Of a stretch of 64,000 nt of DNA, positions 12,575 through 26,832 are shown one piece after another. The translations under genes were made by a program, and so were the position numbers. The DNA is from Eledone cirrhosa (taxonomy: Eukaryota): assembly GCA_964016885.1 (NCBI GenBank), contig OZ024747.1:43462001-43526000 (forward strand). Reading direction: 5' to 3'. Under the pieces are notes generated by a model. It saw only the letters and a program-made list of their open reading frames with translations, had not been told where the DNA came from and searched no databases. Position 1 is the stretch's first letter; each line of letters opens with the position of its first letter.

Positions 12575-12860
12575 ATTCAAATGTTTATAGTATCTTTACT
12601 AGTGGACAGATCCTTGTGAATATTTGCAGTAAATTAAAGTAAATACATTAGTTTTTAATATGATGCAGTCATAGTGCCTTGCTAATGTGGTTTCATGTGG
12701 TTTATTAATTCAAATATTTATAGTATTTTTATTAGTGGACAGATTGTTGTGAAAATTTTCAGTAAATTGTAGTACAGATTTAAATTTTTAATGTGATGCA
12801 GACATAGTGCTGCTTTGTACTTTCCAAGAGTGCCTTGCTAATATGGTTTCATGTGGTAAA
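12575..12860. repeat. Diverged ~135-155-bp tandem dimer; homologous dimer at 28680-28932
   Basis: Shared tttatagtatctttactagtggacaga..gtgccttgctaatgtggtttcatgtggt blocks. Confidence 0.7.
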
Positions 12861-13397
12861 TGATGATAAGAATTAAGCACACGTGATCAAAGTATTTCAA
12901 TGATAACCATCTTGTTTTCTAAGATTACATTATCGACGAATGAAGAAGATTATGTCTTTCCTTTTCGTTAAATTACAAAATGTGATTTGAGGGAAAATTT
13001 GCTACTTTTTTCAGTAGATTAAGCAAAAATGTAGGGGCATTCCTGGTAAATTGAATCTTGTTCTAATTGATATTAGAGTTCAAATGAACTGTTTCTTTTA
13101 TATCTGTAATAATTACATTTATATAAACAATGATATTTATGCCATACACTAGAGATTGTACAAGTTAATTAATTCTCTATTAATTCTACCATTATATATA
13201 TCATAAGCATTTGTATATTTTTGCATGACAGCATGGAAAGTAGATGTAAAATGATAATGATGATGGATAATGATGTTGATAACAATGACAGTGATATATA
13301 TATATATATATATTGCTCTTTCAAGCATTAAACTAATATATGCCTTCCATGTACTGTGTCGTTTGTTTTGTTATTTTTGTTATTTTTGCTTAACTTT

Positions 13398-13437
<40 letters not shown>

Positions 13438-13639
13438 AATATGTATATACACACACACTGAAGAATGTATGTCCCTAGCATTGCTCCCAAACCTATACTG
13501 AATCCAAATGAAATCCAACTGGGCTCCAAACACTGTTTCTCATTTGCCAGACCCATATGTTTTACCCAAGGGCTCATAATTCCAAAAATTCTATTAGAGC
13601 CAAGCTAGTAATATACTTTTATATAACCATAATTATAAA

Positions 13640-14010
13640 AAGGTGTGTGATATTTGCTTGAAATGGTATGTGATATATTTATATGTTAATGATATCTTTT
13701 ATAGACCAACATATTTTTACTGTGGTCTCGGTGGTGTTTGATATATTTCTGTTTTAACATCTTTTATAGAGCAACATATTTTACAGTGGTATCAACAGCG
13801 TGTGATATATTCATTCCTATATTAGAAATATTGTTTATAATACAACATATTTCACAACATTATCAATAGTATTTGACATATTTGGCTTTATTAGTAATAT
13901 CTTTAAAGACCAACATCTCTCACAGTCATAGCCAATAGCATGGGGATATATAATTTCTTTGTTAGAAATATCATTTAGAAACCAACCTATTTTACAGTGA
14001 TATCCAAAGA
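13640..14010. repeat. Degenerate ~65-80-bp tandem repeat (~5 units)
   Basis: Recurrent tgatatattt..atcttttatagaccaacatattttacagtg. Confidence 0.65.
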
Positions 14011-14139
14011 AAATCTGAATTGGCAAAAACAAGAAAGAAAAAAAAAAAAAAGAAAATATACAGAAAGTAAAGAAAATAAAAAAAAAATTATCTTTACTGT
14101 ACTCTTTGGAACTATAGTGCATTAACAAAAATGGTATTC

Positions 14140-15210
<1,071 letters not shown>

Positions 15211-15795
15211 GGTGGGTTTTTTCCGAGATTTGCTGCGGCATTCAACTATTATAGGGTCACAGACTATCTGGAATGGAGAGACAACATATGTAACATGATA
15301 TGAATATTTATGAAAGCTTTTCTTCTTGATGCTTCAGTTTGTCTTGCAGAAGTTAACAGCAAATGTCTCCCCAGGCAATTTCTATAATTGCCTTTTTCAG
15401 ATTGATAGCATTCTTGGAGTAGAAGAGAAAAATAAAAGCCAGTTCTCTCTCTCTCTCCCTCTCTCCCTCCATCCTTCTATCCCTCTCACTCTCTACCCCT
15501 CTTTCCCCTTCCCTCTCTCTTTCTCTCTCCTCTAGTACTTTCTATCTTTCACCTCTAGTAGCTATGGCTATATAGCAATGTGGGTTAGAACAGACTACCT
15601 TAAAGGTGGTAATAAGGGAAATGAAGAAAGAATAATTGCTGGCTTTTATTTCTCTTTGACATGGAAACTGTGCCACTTCCACATTGGATTGGCAGCACGG
15701 CAATCTGAATTGAAATCTTAGCACTGATAACTGGTTCACATTCAAATTGAATAATTATTAATTCAAAAGAAAACATGAATATGTACATAATGACT

Positions 15796-15828
<33 letters not shown>

Positions 15829-15888
15829 TATGCATGCATACAAGCACACACATATATATATATAAACACACACACACACAAAAACTCA

Positions 15889-15934
<46 letters not shown>

Positions 15935-16850
15935 CCATCATCTTCATCATCAATGGTATGTCTGTTTTCATATACTTGAATAAGTTAGATAAGTCCTCTT
16001 CAATACTTGTTTTGTTCCTTCATCACCTCCTTTGTAAGGTTCAGTTTCATGAGATCAGTTTTCATCAACTCTTCCCATGTCTTATTTTTCTTCCTCATCT
16101 GTCGCAACCTACCTAACACTTAACTGAATTGGAAAAAGTTTATTTCACAGATACTTTTACTTTTACTAACTGTCCCTGCCACATACATACCCTTTCTATA
16201 AGCCTGCCTACAATCCCACATCACCTCTTGTATACCTATATTTTACATTGTGTACATTGTATAGAATTCCTATCTACCCCTTTTTTGTATATCAAGCATA
16301 TTTATTTCAGTGATGGTATCGCAGTCCTGTCTTTTGGTGTCATTGATGGCATGTGCAATGTTTTTATCAAATTACACACTTCACCAATGATCTTATTCAT
16401 GCTGACCAGTCCTTGTATATGCACTAGTAGAATAAAGTAGAATATGCACTAGTCTCTTGCATATGTGCAATGTACAATGTTTTTATCAAATTACACACTT
16501 CACCAATGATCTTATTCATGCTGACCAGTCCAGAAAATCTTACACTTCTGATGCTCACATTTCAGGAGATTGACAAACTCCCTTACTTTCGGCTTCTCTA
16601 AAGAGGATTTAGTATTATGAACAAAGAATAAAGAGGCATGGAAGTTCTACTACAAGTTGCTGAATGAGGAGAATGCATGGGAAAGAGAAAAAGGAAACTA
16701 TCCAAGGTCAACCCAACAGAATCCAGCTATATAACAAAAACAAGTGATTAAGAATATGAAGATAGGAAAAGCATCTGGAGCACCAGGGATAAAACTGAGA
16801 TGCTGAAAATATACAATAAAGTAGAATATGCACTAGTCTCTTGCATAGTC
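15935..16850. mobile_element. Old RTE-like LINE remnant with apparent internal inversion (3' part on minus, 16570-16850 on plus)
   Basis: Minus part has a degenerate (GAT) tail and an RTE C-terminal-like sequence; plus part reads ..MKIGKASGAPGIKTEMLK-like (pre-RT). Confidence 0.5.
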
Positions 16851-17457
16851 AATGGGGTGGGGTGGAGCAATGAATGGCTGACGTGTTATGAAGTTCACTT
16901 CACAATAATTGGGTTCTGGTGGGGAAGTTTTGATCTTGGGCTGCAATTAGAAATCCTTTAATTTTGGCTTTTAGTCCAGTACTTCATAACCAGTTTTGTG
17001 AGTTTTGCTTGTCTACTTCTTTTCCATTCAGTCTTTTCAGGATTTTTCTTGCCATCATTTTAGCATGACATTCTGGAGGCCGGGTGGTGGTGGTGGTGGT
17101 GGGTGGAGGGGGGCGGGGGGTCTGTTTTCAATTTAGATTTTATGTTTTTTATAATTTCTATTTATGTTTCTTTGTTTTCATTTTCCTTGCAGTTATCTAT
17201 CAATCCAGTTTCTCTTTTGAATTTGTTGACTTCCTTGAAAACAGAAAGCATTTTTTTGTTTTGATTGTGTTTTGTGGAATTCATGTTAATTTTTCTGTTT
17301 TCCATTAGATATATTTGTACACCTACAGTCGTTATTTTATAATAGTTTTCTAGTGGCATAATGCCCCTTTCTACCTGCATTCATGGTAAATATAATCTTT
17401 CTACATCTGATTTTGGATGGTGCATTCTAAATGCAGTCATTATTTTTCTTATTTTTA

Positions 17458-17648
17458 GGGCGGTGGATTGGCAGTATCGGTAGAGAGTCGGACGCCATGC
17501 TTTCCAGCATAGTTACGTCCCTTTACGGTCTGAGTTCAAATCCCGTCGAGGTTAACTTTGCCTTTCATCCTTACGGGGTCGATAAAATAAAGTACCAGTA
17601 ATGTACTGGTTAATTGCTGGCCTTGTGCCAAATGTAGAAACAATTATT
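17458..17648 (+). mobile_element. tRNA-derived SINE family 1 (central domain resembling the Meta/MESC type), full length
   Basis: A-box-like tggcagtatcgg, B-box gagttcaaatcc, central gcctttcatccttacggggtcgataaaataaagtacc, (ATT) tail. Confidence 0.9.
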
Positions 17649-17689
17649 TTTCTTATTTTTCTGTCTTGTTCTGCTAGTTCATTTAGTAA

Positions 17690-18620
17690 CAGAAACTCTC
17701 TACTACTTCTACGCAGCCCTCTGGGAATTTGAAGGAGCTTGTATCCTGTGGGCTCTTGCTACTTACTGCACCTGTGTATCAGCCACATCAAAAACCTACA
17801 TTCTTTGCTAGCCTGCCTGAAATCCCACTACATCTCTTGTGTACCCATAATTTGCATTTGGGACAAAGGATGGAATTTCTACCTGCTGCTTTCCTGCTCA
17901 CTGAGCAGGCCATTTCCCTGGGGGAATCTGGGTCCTTTTTTCTTTCTATATACTATAACTTTGGTTTTTGACAAGTTAATTTTAAGACCTTTTGATTCTA
18001 GTCCATGTTTCCAGGTTTGGAATTTCTTCTCTAGTTCTGCCATAGTTTCAGTTATAAGGGTTAGGTCATCTGCATAGAGGAATTCCCTGAGGCAGCCAGA
18101 CTTAAACTCCTCTGTTATAGCCTACAGGATGATAATAAACAGGAACGTGCTAAAAACTGAGCCCAGATGGTCACCAGCCTGCATGCTAAATTCTTCGCTG
18201 TAGTCATTGTTAATTCTGACTTTGCTGACTGTTCTTCTATACATGGCTTGTACTGCCTTCACAAACCACTCATCTACTCCCAGTTTTCTAAGAGCCCACC
18301 AGATAATGGAACATGGGATTCTCTCAAAAGTTTGCTTTGGGTTAACAAAAGCCAAGTAGAGGGGTTTCCTTTTAGCTAGATACTTCCCTTGCAGTTACCT
18401 CACAAGGAAGATGCCATATGTGGTACTTTTACCTGGCACAAATTCAAACTGCATCTCATCTAGGTTAACTTGGTCCCTAAGTAGCTGTGCTATAACTCTT
18501 TCTGTGACCTTCATAACCTGGTCAACCAACTTAATGTCACTAGTTTTCTCTGTCTAGAACATTTTCTGCTGCACAAGTCATTAGGTATGACACCATTTTG
18601 TATTAATGCTATGCGACAGT
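17690..18620 (-). mobile_element. Degenerate RTE family A RT fragment
   Basis: ORF 18122..18355 [23 protein letters not shown], homologous to the 7802-9000 copy; frameshifted. Confidence 0.85.
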
Positions 18621-19362
18621 TGTAATATCTTCCCACGGTTTTTCAGATGCTGTTTTCATTGTTCTTGCTAGTTTTGAGAATGGCAATATCTCTTCTGCTA
18701 ATAATCTCCCCCAGAACTCTTCCACTTCTTTTATTTTGGGGGTTACATTTACTTTTATTTTTCTCCTATTAAATTCCTTGAAGAGTCATTATGATTGGAG
18801 TGAAATAGTTGGTTTTGTTAAATAAAATGTTTGACACTATATTTTATCTCCAAATTCTTTGTGTCTTTGTAAGTATTTATTGTTTTAGGCATTCCTTAGT
18901 CTCTGGGATTTCTGTTTCTATTATATTATATTTCTTTTCTTTCCAATTCCCAGTTTTGTTGTATTTTTCCTATTTCATTTAAGATTGAAAGGTCTTTTCT
19001 TTTATCTTCTACCTTTTTTTGTATCTTTCATTTCTATATCAGTGTGGGTTTTGTTATTCTTGCTTCTGTAGATCTAAGAATGTTCACATTTTCTTTTGTA
19101 ACAACAGCGGCTGCTGCATATATCGTCTTATTTAACCTTATGATACTAATGTTTCTATTCATGTTTATTAACTCTATTATGGTTAGATTAACGGGTTTTT
19201 TTAATAATTGTTGTTATTTTATTATCAATTTTATCTTTGGGTGGTGTATTTTCTGGTCCATAGGGACATCTTCTATTGTTTGTAGCATTTAAATATTTTA
19301 CCACCTTTATCCCATTGTTGTTATTGTTGTTATTATTATTATTGTTATTATTATTATTATTA

Positions 19363-20337
19363 TTTTGGAGACTGGAATGTCTTCAGGCGCTCACAGCCTT
19401 CGACCAATCGGGCAATGTGATCGGTGGAAACTCCACCTTGGCGTTCTATAGAGGATTAGTAGAGGGGAAGAGCGACGACGTACTTGGGGAAACTCTAGGC
19501 GTCGACGAAAATCAACTAGCCAATCTCTTCGGAAGAACTTTCGGGCCAGGGCCTATGGACAACTTCCAGAAATCCCTGGCCTGGCAGTGCTACCGAGGAG
19601 CTTTGCCAGTTCGGGATAAACTCTACAGGCATGGAGGTGCCGTCAACCGGGCATGTCCGAGATGTGCGCAGGGCGACGAAACTGTGCTGCATCCACTCGT
19701 CCAGTGTCCGAGCATTGCTGACTTGTGGGTTTATGTCGAACACCTGCTGTCGCATGTAGAACAGATCCGGCTATCAGCTGAGTCCATCATGAGGATTGCC
19801 CCGCCCTCTTCCTTTAGCTGGGAAGGGCAGGCAGTTTTTATCTGTCTGGTGGCCATGGTGAAAGAGATAGTATGGTGGACACATCTGAAAGGGCTGAAGA
19901 CGAGCACTTACCTCTTCGGTGATGCCCTGATTAACTTTTTCAAATTTCATTTGAAAAGGAAAATCAGGGTAGAGAGGGAAGTGCTCTCTTCTCAGCATTT
20001 TGTTGAAAGATGGGTGAGAGAGGCAAGAATGGTCCGTGTGAATGGGCCTACTCTGAGTATGTGCCTGTAAATTGAAGGTGGAAAACTGTGAGAGGGCACT
20101 TGCCCTGGTGGTCAGGGTCACCGTGGCTTTTTTTAATGGGCTTTCTCCATGATGGCCCTCGGAAGTCTCCTCCCTATTGGGGAATTTTTCATTGTTCCTT
20201 TTTTTGTTACATCCTCTGTTTTTTTTTTTTTACACGCAGAAATGCCCATTTGTACCGTCCTGTATTGTCCTGTATTGTCCTGTACTGTCCTTAATGTCTT
20301 ACTTTGTGTAAACCCTTGTGGTTAATAAAGAAAAAAA
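19363..20337 (+). mobile_element. Tx1/L1-type LINE 3' end (zf-RVT region, 3' UTR, A-rich tail)
   Basis: ORF to 20070: AWQCYRGALPV..CPRCAQGDETVLHPLVQCP; aataaa plus A-run at 20323-20337. Confidence 0.8.
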
Positions 20338-20835
20338 GTGGGGCTGGACTAATCTTCTTTAACCATCCTTGGAAACTCTTTGAGATAGTACCTAGTGCAC
20401 CTATGACAATCGGAACGACCTTGACTTCATAGCAGTTCCAAATCCTTTTTACCTCCCACTTTAAGTCCTGGTATCGGTTAATTTTCTCCCTCTCCTTCTC
20501 TTGCACTCTCGTGTCAAATGGGCAGGCTACATCTACAATCAGGCACGATCTTTTTTTCTTGTCCACAACCACCAGGTTAGGTCTATTGTGTTCTAATTTC
20601 TTGTCTGTCTGTATCCTAAAATCCCACAGCACCTTCACCTGATCGTTTTCTCTCACCGACTCTGGCTTATGCTCATACCACTTCTCAGAATGTGGTAAAT
20701 TGTTTAGTTTGCATAGATGCCAGTGGATCACCCAGCCCATCACATCATGTCTCCAGCCTTTATAGTGAGTCTGGACTAGGTGTTTACACTCGGATACAAT
20801 GTGAGCCACAGTTTCCTCTCTCTCTCCACAGATCC
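20338..20835 (-). mobile_element. R4/Dong-type LINE fragment (CCHC + REL endonuclease)
   Basis: RICGEREETVAHIVSEC..RHD..WDFRIQTD..HNRP..DVACP..PIVIGALG; 5' junction in (TAA)n; same family as 63152-64000. Confidence 0.9.
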
Positions 20836-20879
20836 TTATTATCATTATTATTATTTAATTATTATTATTATTATTTTAT

Positions 20880-21070
20880 GGATAGTGGATTGGCAGTATC
20901 GGTAGAGCATCAGACACCATGCTTTGCAGCATAGAGTTATGGCCCTTTACGTTCTGAGTTCAAATCCTGCCGAGGTTAGCTTTGCCTTTCATCCTTACAT
21001 GGTCGATAAAATAAAGTACCAGTAATACACTGAGATAATTGCTGGCCTTGTGCCAAAAGTAGAAACAATT
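20880..21070 (+). mobile_element. tRNA-derived SINE family 1
   Basis: Homology to 17458. Confidence 0.88.
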
Positions 21071-21089
21071 ATAATATATTTTTTTAAAT

Positions 21090-21322
21090 CTCAGATTTTG
21101 CTGGAACTCCTGGATTCTTACATGAGTAGCGAGCTTGTTACCTGCAACCTACAGGACCATGCTATTTGTTCTCTTTAAGTATTTAGTACTTTTCTGATAA
21201 TTCTGGCCATGCCAAGGAAGCAAGCATCTTGTAATAGCTCTACTGGTCAGATTATTCCCATTTTTCTTTATGTTCCTCTCAATATCTTTTGATACTGTCC
21301 CCATGACCCCAATAACAATTAG
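21090..21322 (-). mobile_element. Degenerate R4/Dong-type 3' end
   Basis: IVIGVMGTVSK motif matching the PIVIGALG terminus. Confidence 0.55.
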
Positions 21323-21525
21323 CATCACATATGAATTATATGAAAGGTCCTCGTGCAATTTTCTTCTGATAGTGTGTTTTGAAACTTTGAGTTCCTTAGC
21401 AATGGCAACAATTAACTTTCTAGGATTCTTATAGATAATTTTCTGCACCTTTCATACAAATGTTGGTGTTGTGATAGTATTAGGAATCTTAGCAAGTGTT
21501 TTACATTCGGCTTTTACTGTAGAAA
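21323..21525 (-). mobile_element. Tc1/mariner-type transposase fragment (HTH region)
   Basis: QKIIYKNPRK..AIAKELKVSKHTIRRKLHEDLSYNSY. Confidence 0.65.
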
Positions 21526-22955
21526 CCCTATGAGTGTGTGTGTGTGCGTGTGTGTGTGTGTGTGAGTGTGTGTGTGAGTGTGTGTGTGTGTGTGTGTGTG
21601 AGTGTGTATGTATACTTTAACTACTTTTCTTAAACACACTTGATGATTTAGATGTGCTTTCATCTTGGAACTGCTGGTAGTATTGAGTTAAGTGAAATCG
21701 TTAATATAAATATCATTCACTGTTTAACATGTATTTTCCATGCTTGTATGTATTAGATGAGCTAGACGGGTCATACGACCACGTTTTTCTTTGTACACTC
21801 TGTTTTTGGCATGGTTTCTACAACTTGTCCTTCATAACATTATATATATATATAAAGAAGGACATCCAGCCATAAAAAACAATCTATATATGGAATGTAT
21901 AAGGAAAACGTGGTTCTATGACCAATCATTGCAAGCATGGAAAAGAGACATAAAATGATGATGTGGCAGTTACTTTGTTAATTGTCTGCTAAAGTGAAAT
22001 ATAAACACAAAAAAATCTTTATAAACATTAGTGGTGTCTCTATTGATGGAATTAATTTTTCTTTAAAAAAAATAATTGGATATTTTGGACAAACATAGTG
22101 ATTGTGAAGTTAAGTCAGCAAGCTTACTGAAAACATTGTCATGTGTTCAATCTTTGTTATTACAAACAATGTACTATGCTTCATGTTAAGTAATATAACT
22201 CACTTTGTCTTGGTTTTGCCTGTCTGAAGTTTCCACACTTATTTCATGGTTCAGTGGTGAGTGGTTAGTGCAGTCAGAAGAACAGACAGTGAGATTTGAA
22301 GAAAAAAAAAAAAAGAAAAAATATATATATATATAAAACAATTGTTCCTCGAATATGCAAATTTACAACTTTTCAAAACCTAAACCATCCCACCCATAGT
22401 TATAGTAAAACAGTTATAAATAGTTATAAACAAATAAAACTATACTATAATAGTACATAAGGTAGAAATTGGTGCAACTTCTCAACTATTTTCATTAATC
22501 TTTTGTCAAGACGCTACATTTATGCTTCACAATCACTCTCTCTCTAACACACACACAAACATACACTCTCTCTGTCTCTTATTGCCGATTTCTCCTCTTT
22601 AATACCAATATGCTAATGCTTGGCTATCTCTTTTGGCACACATTCAAATGTGTTGAGAAATCAAAGGCAAGAATATAACACTGTTCTTTTGATAGAATTG
22701 CTTAATTATACCATTTTATCACCAACAGAATTTCTCTCAAAAGTGAATATTAGTTTTAGAAAATATTTTATTTATTTGTTTATTTATTTATGATTTTTAG
22801 AATTATGAGTCAATAAACAGAAATATAAAAAAAGTATGAAGGCTTCAAATGCTGGACCCATTAATAACTGTTGTTTGTATATATTAAGTTTCTTGTTGTT
22901 TTTCGGTGCTAAAGAGACAGTCAACACATACACACATATATATATACATACATAT

Positions 22956-23036
<81 letters not shown>

Positions 23037-23536
23037 TATTACAAATGTCTCTTTAGCACCAATATATATATACATACATATATATATATATGTATATATA
23101 TGTATGTATATACAAACACATTTTTATCAGGACTAATACTTGGCAATTAATCTGAGTATCCTAAGAAGTTGCCATTGATACTGCTAATATAATCTACATG
23201 CAATTATCCTACTACTACCAACACAACTGTCTCCTCTGCCACTACCAGAACCACTACACAAACAGAAAGACAAAAGGACAAAAAACACTAACACACCTCT
23301 TTTTCACTAGTACAATACTTCAAACTGGTTTATTTTTTGTGTTGTTTTTTTTTTACTCCACTTTGAACAAAACTATTTTTGACTTATTCTGTTTTTTTTA
23401 TATATATATATATTTATTGTTTGTTCTTGGTTTACTGCTTTTTTTGTTCTAGCTGAAGGATTCTTAGAATGGTAGAAAGAAAAAACATTTATAATATACA
23501 TGCAGACTGCACTCACACACACACATATATATATGT

Positions 23537-23581
<45 letters not shown>

Positions 23582-24047
23582 GTGTGTGTGTGACATAGAA
23601 ATAGCAGAATATAATTAAAAGAAATAACAGAGGAAAGGAAACAAAAACATAAACAAAAAAAACAAATAAACAAAAGAAATCAGAAAAGAAAGAAAGAAAG
23701 AAGGAAAGAAAGAAAGAAAGTTTGTTCCTAATCAATCAATCAAGTTGATGTGTCTTTGTATTTTTTGGTTTTGTTTTGTGGTATTTTTCTGAGAATTGTT
23801 CATTTTTTCTGTTTCTGTTTCAATAAAAATGTGAAAAAAATAGAAATCTGATGTCCTCAGTTTATGTGAACTCAAAGAATTGTGAATGAAAAGGAAGTTG
23901 TTTACCATTTTGTAAAACTGAAAAAAAAAAGATCTTTTGCATAGACAGCTCACTTATTTGTATTCATACACACTATATTTGTTTATTATGAATTTAAATT
24001 TGCTCAGCTCTCTCAAAAACTAGTGAAATATATAAATATATCTATGT

Positions 24048-24084
<37 letters not shown>

Positions 24085-24099
24085 TTTATATATGTATAT

Positions 24100-24262
24100 A
24101 TATTTACTCTTTTACCTGTTATATATATATATATATTTACTCTTTTACCTGTTTTATATATATATATATATATATATTTACTCTTTTACCTGTTTTATAT
24201 ATATATATATTTACTCTTTTACCTGTTATATATATATATTTACTCTTTTACCTGTTTTATAT
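24100..24262. repeat. Minisatellite: 5 x tatttactcttttacctgtt separated by variable (TA)n
   Basis: Direct reading. Confidence 0.9.
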
Positions 24263-24520
24263 ATATATACATATATTCTTTATTAGAAAATATAGGTATC
24301 TCAAATACAGGAAAGATAATAACAATAGTTGGTTGCTATAAATAATAGTCTAGAAATTGGGTAAAATACAGAAAAATGTGGCTACCAGCTGCTATGAAGA
24401 ATATAACCCTGTATCCCTCAAATTCTGCTTAAGCACATTGAACTAAGTGACCTCTGACTTCAAATTTCAGCTAAATTGGGAGCTATGCTGGATGTAAACA
24501 AATGTTTTAATGAAGAATTG

Positions 24521-24557
<37 letters not shown>

Positions 24558-25012
24558 ACATTAACAGAGAAAGCCTTAAGCTATACTCTGACTGGCTACC
24601 ATCTCACTCAACAAACATTAGGATATACCTTAGTATAATCCCAATTTTATGTTTGGGGTGCTAACTATATGTATTTTGTGGAAAGCCAGTTGTATTATTT
24701 TATATGAGATATAATTAAAATTAAAATATATCCCTCTTTCCAAACAATTGTTTCATTATATTATAAGTTTTCTACAAGTTGGGAGAATGTGTCCGGGTTA
24801 TGTAGAAACCTGCATATTTTTCTGTAAGAACACATGCAGGTGGGCACTTATAAATCATCAGTGGATGCCCGTCAAACATTGATATAAGAAAAAATCTCTT
24901 ACCACTGTTAGTTTTCGTGTCAATGACTATCCAGGAGACTCCAACCGTGAAGGTTGCTTTTTTCAGGGTATGTCAATATTTATTTATAAAACTAATCTAT
25001 ATTATATTTTTA

Positions 25013-25078
25013 TATTTTATCTGATGAAAGCGCACCATAATCTGCCTTGGTAGCCCTTGAAATATGTATAATGAAATA
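25013..25078 (+). ncRNA. Type I hammerhead ribozyme motif within a short element (~24900-25130)
   Basis: tattttat CTGATGA aagcgcacca..tggtagccctt GAAA tatgta TA atgaaata. Confidence 0.78.
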
Positions 25079-25586
25079 AATATGGTTTTATAAATATAGT
25101 TTCCATTTGTTAATATATTGTATATATATATATATATTTATTGTGGTTTTGTTTTGTTATGCGCTCTATTTTCCTGCTATTAATTTTATCTCTCACTCTT
25201 TTAAGTTGTGAAATAGACTGGCTGCGTTGTATACACAGCCCCGTTTAGTCAGCATGTTGACTGTAAGAATATATATATTTATATATATATACATGACTTC
25301 TTGAGGACTAGAGGTGTTTTATTTATTTAAAAGCATCAGGAATGTCAGATAAAGTTGGTTAAGCTCAGTATTTATAAATTTCTTTGGGTTAGAAAAGAGA
25401 GGAAAAGAAGGCTGAGAAAATAAAATAAAAATAAGAAGTAAGGGAGAAGGAAGTAATACAGGGTGTTTTAGGAGGGAGTGGTAGAGATTGTTGTCAGCTG
25501 GATGCACAAAGAATTAGTTATGGGATGCAAACAACCATGTGCAGGAATATTGAAATGGTTACTTGTTCATGCAAGACTTGGTGCGG

Positions 25587-26596
25587 CCAACTGGCCTGTC
25601 CCTCCTCATAATATCTAGTTCCAACTGTACTATGTGGTTGTGGCTCCCAAACTATGGTTCCATTCTAAGCAGGGTATAGTGCATCCAACTGGCCTGTCCT
25701 TCCTCATAATGGTGCCATCCAGTTCCACACTATAAATGTGGTTGTGGCTCCCAAACTATGGTTCCATTCTAAGCAGGGTATAGTGCATCCAACTGGCCTG
25801 TCCTTCCTCATAATGGTGCCATCCAGTTCCACACTATAAATGTGGTTGTGGCTCCCAAACTATGGTTCCATTCTAAGCAGGGTATAGTGCATCCAACTGG
25901 CCTGTCCTTCCTCATAATGGTGCCATCCAGTTCCACACTATAAATGTGGTTGTGGCTCCCAAACTATGGTTCCATTCTAAGCAGGGTATAGTGCATCCAA
26001 CTGGCCTGTCCTTCCTCATAATGGTGCCATCCAGTTCCACACTATAAATGTGGTTGTGGCTCCCAAACTATGGTTCCATTCTAAGCAGGGTATAGTGCAT
26101 CCAACTGGCCTGTCCTTCCTCATAATGGTGCCATCCAGTTCCACACTATAAATGTGGTTGTGGCTCCCAAACTATGGTTCCATTCTAAGCAGGGTATAGT
26201 GCATCCAACTGGCCTGTCCTTCCTCATAATGGTGCCATCCAGTTCCACACTATAAATGTGGTTGTGGCTCCCAAACTATGGTTCCATTCTAAGCAGGGTA
26301 TAGTGCATCCAACTGGCCTGTCCTTCCTCATAATGGTGCCATCCAGTTCCACACTATAAATGTGGTTGTGGCTCCCAAACTATGGTTCCATTCTAAGCAG
26401 GGTATAGTGCATCCAACTGGCCTGTCCTTCCTCATAATGGTGCCATCCAGTTCCACACTATAAATGTGGTTGTGGCTCCCAAACTATGGTTCCATTCTAA
26501 GCAGGGTATAGTGCATCCAACTGGCCTGTCCTTCCTCATAATGGTGCCATCCAGTTCCACACTATAAATGTGGTTGTGGCTCCCAAACTATGGTTC
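25587..26596. repeat. 104-bp tandem array, ~9.8 units (first unit diverged, the rest apparently identical)
   Basis: ccaactggcctgtcc recurs at 25587, 25685, 25789, 25893, 25997, 26101, 26205, 26309, 26413, 26517. Confidence 0.95.
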
Positions 26597-26832
26597 AGCA
26601 TGTTTCTCAAATGATATATCTCTCACTCTAAATATATCTTTTGAATTTGAATTGCTGATGCTCTGAAATAAAGTCCATTGAGCTTATTTAAAGAGAAACG
26701 TGGTTATCATACATGTTAAATATGTTTTGATACCTTAACATTGTGTATAACTGCTCCAAATGTTACTGGAATCTCACTGCTCTTTCTAGCAGATGAGATA
26801 TCCAGTCCTATATATATCTACACTCCTCCTCC

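Noticed and set aside
17458-17548. tRNA genes suggested by A/B boxes
   Set aside because: These are SINE heads followed by conserved bodies and tails; no cloverleaf.
23906-23917. Possible 12-nt micro-exon on minus (ttttttttttcag|TTTTACAAAATG|gtaaac); similar exon-like segment at ~15600-15704
   Set aside because: Splice-like signals arise readily by chance in AT-rich DNA; no recognisable protein and no transcript evidence.
25587-26596. CRISPR-like array
   Set aside because: Units are contiguous and identical with no unique spacers; eukaryotic context, no cas genes.
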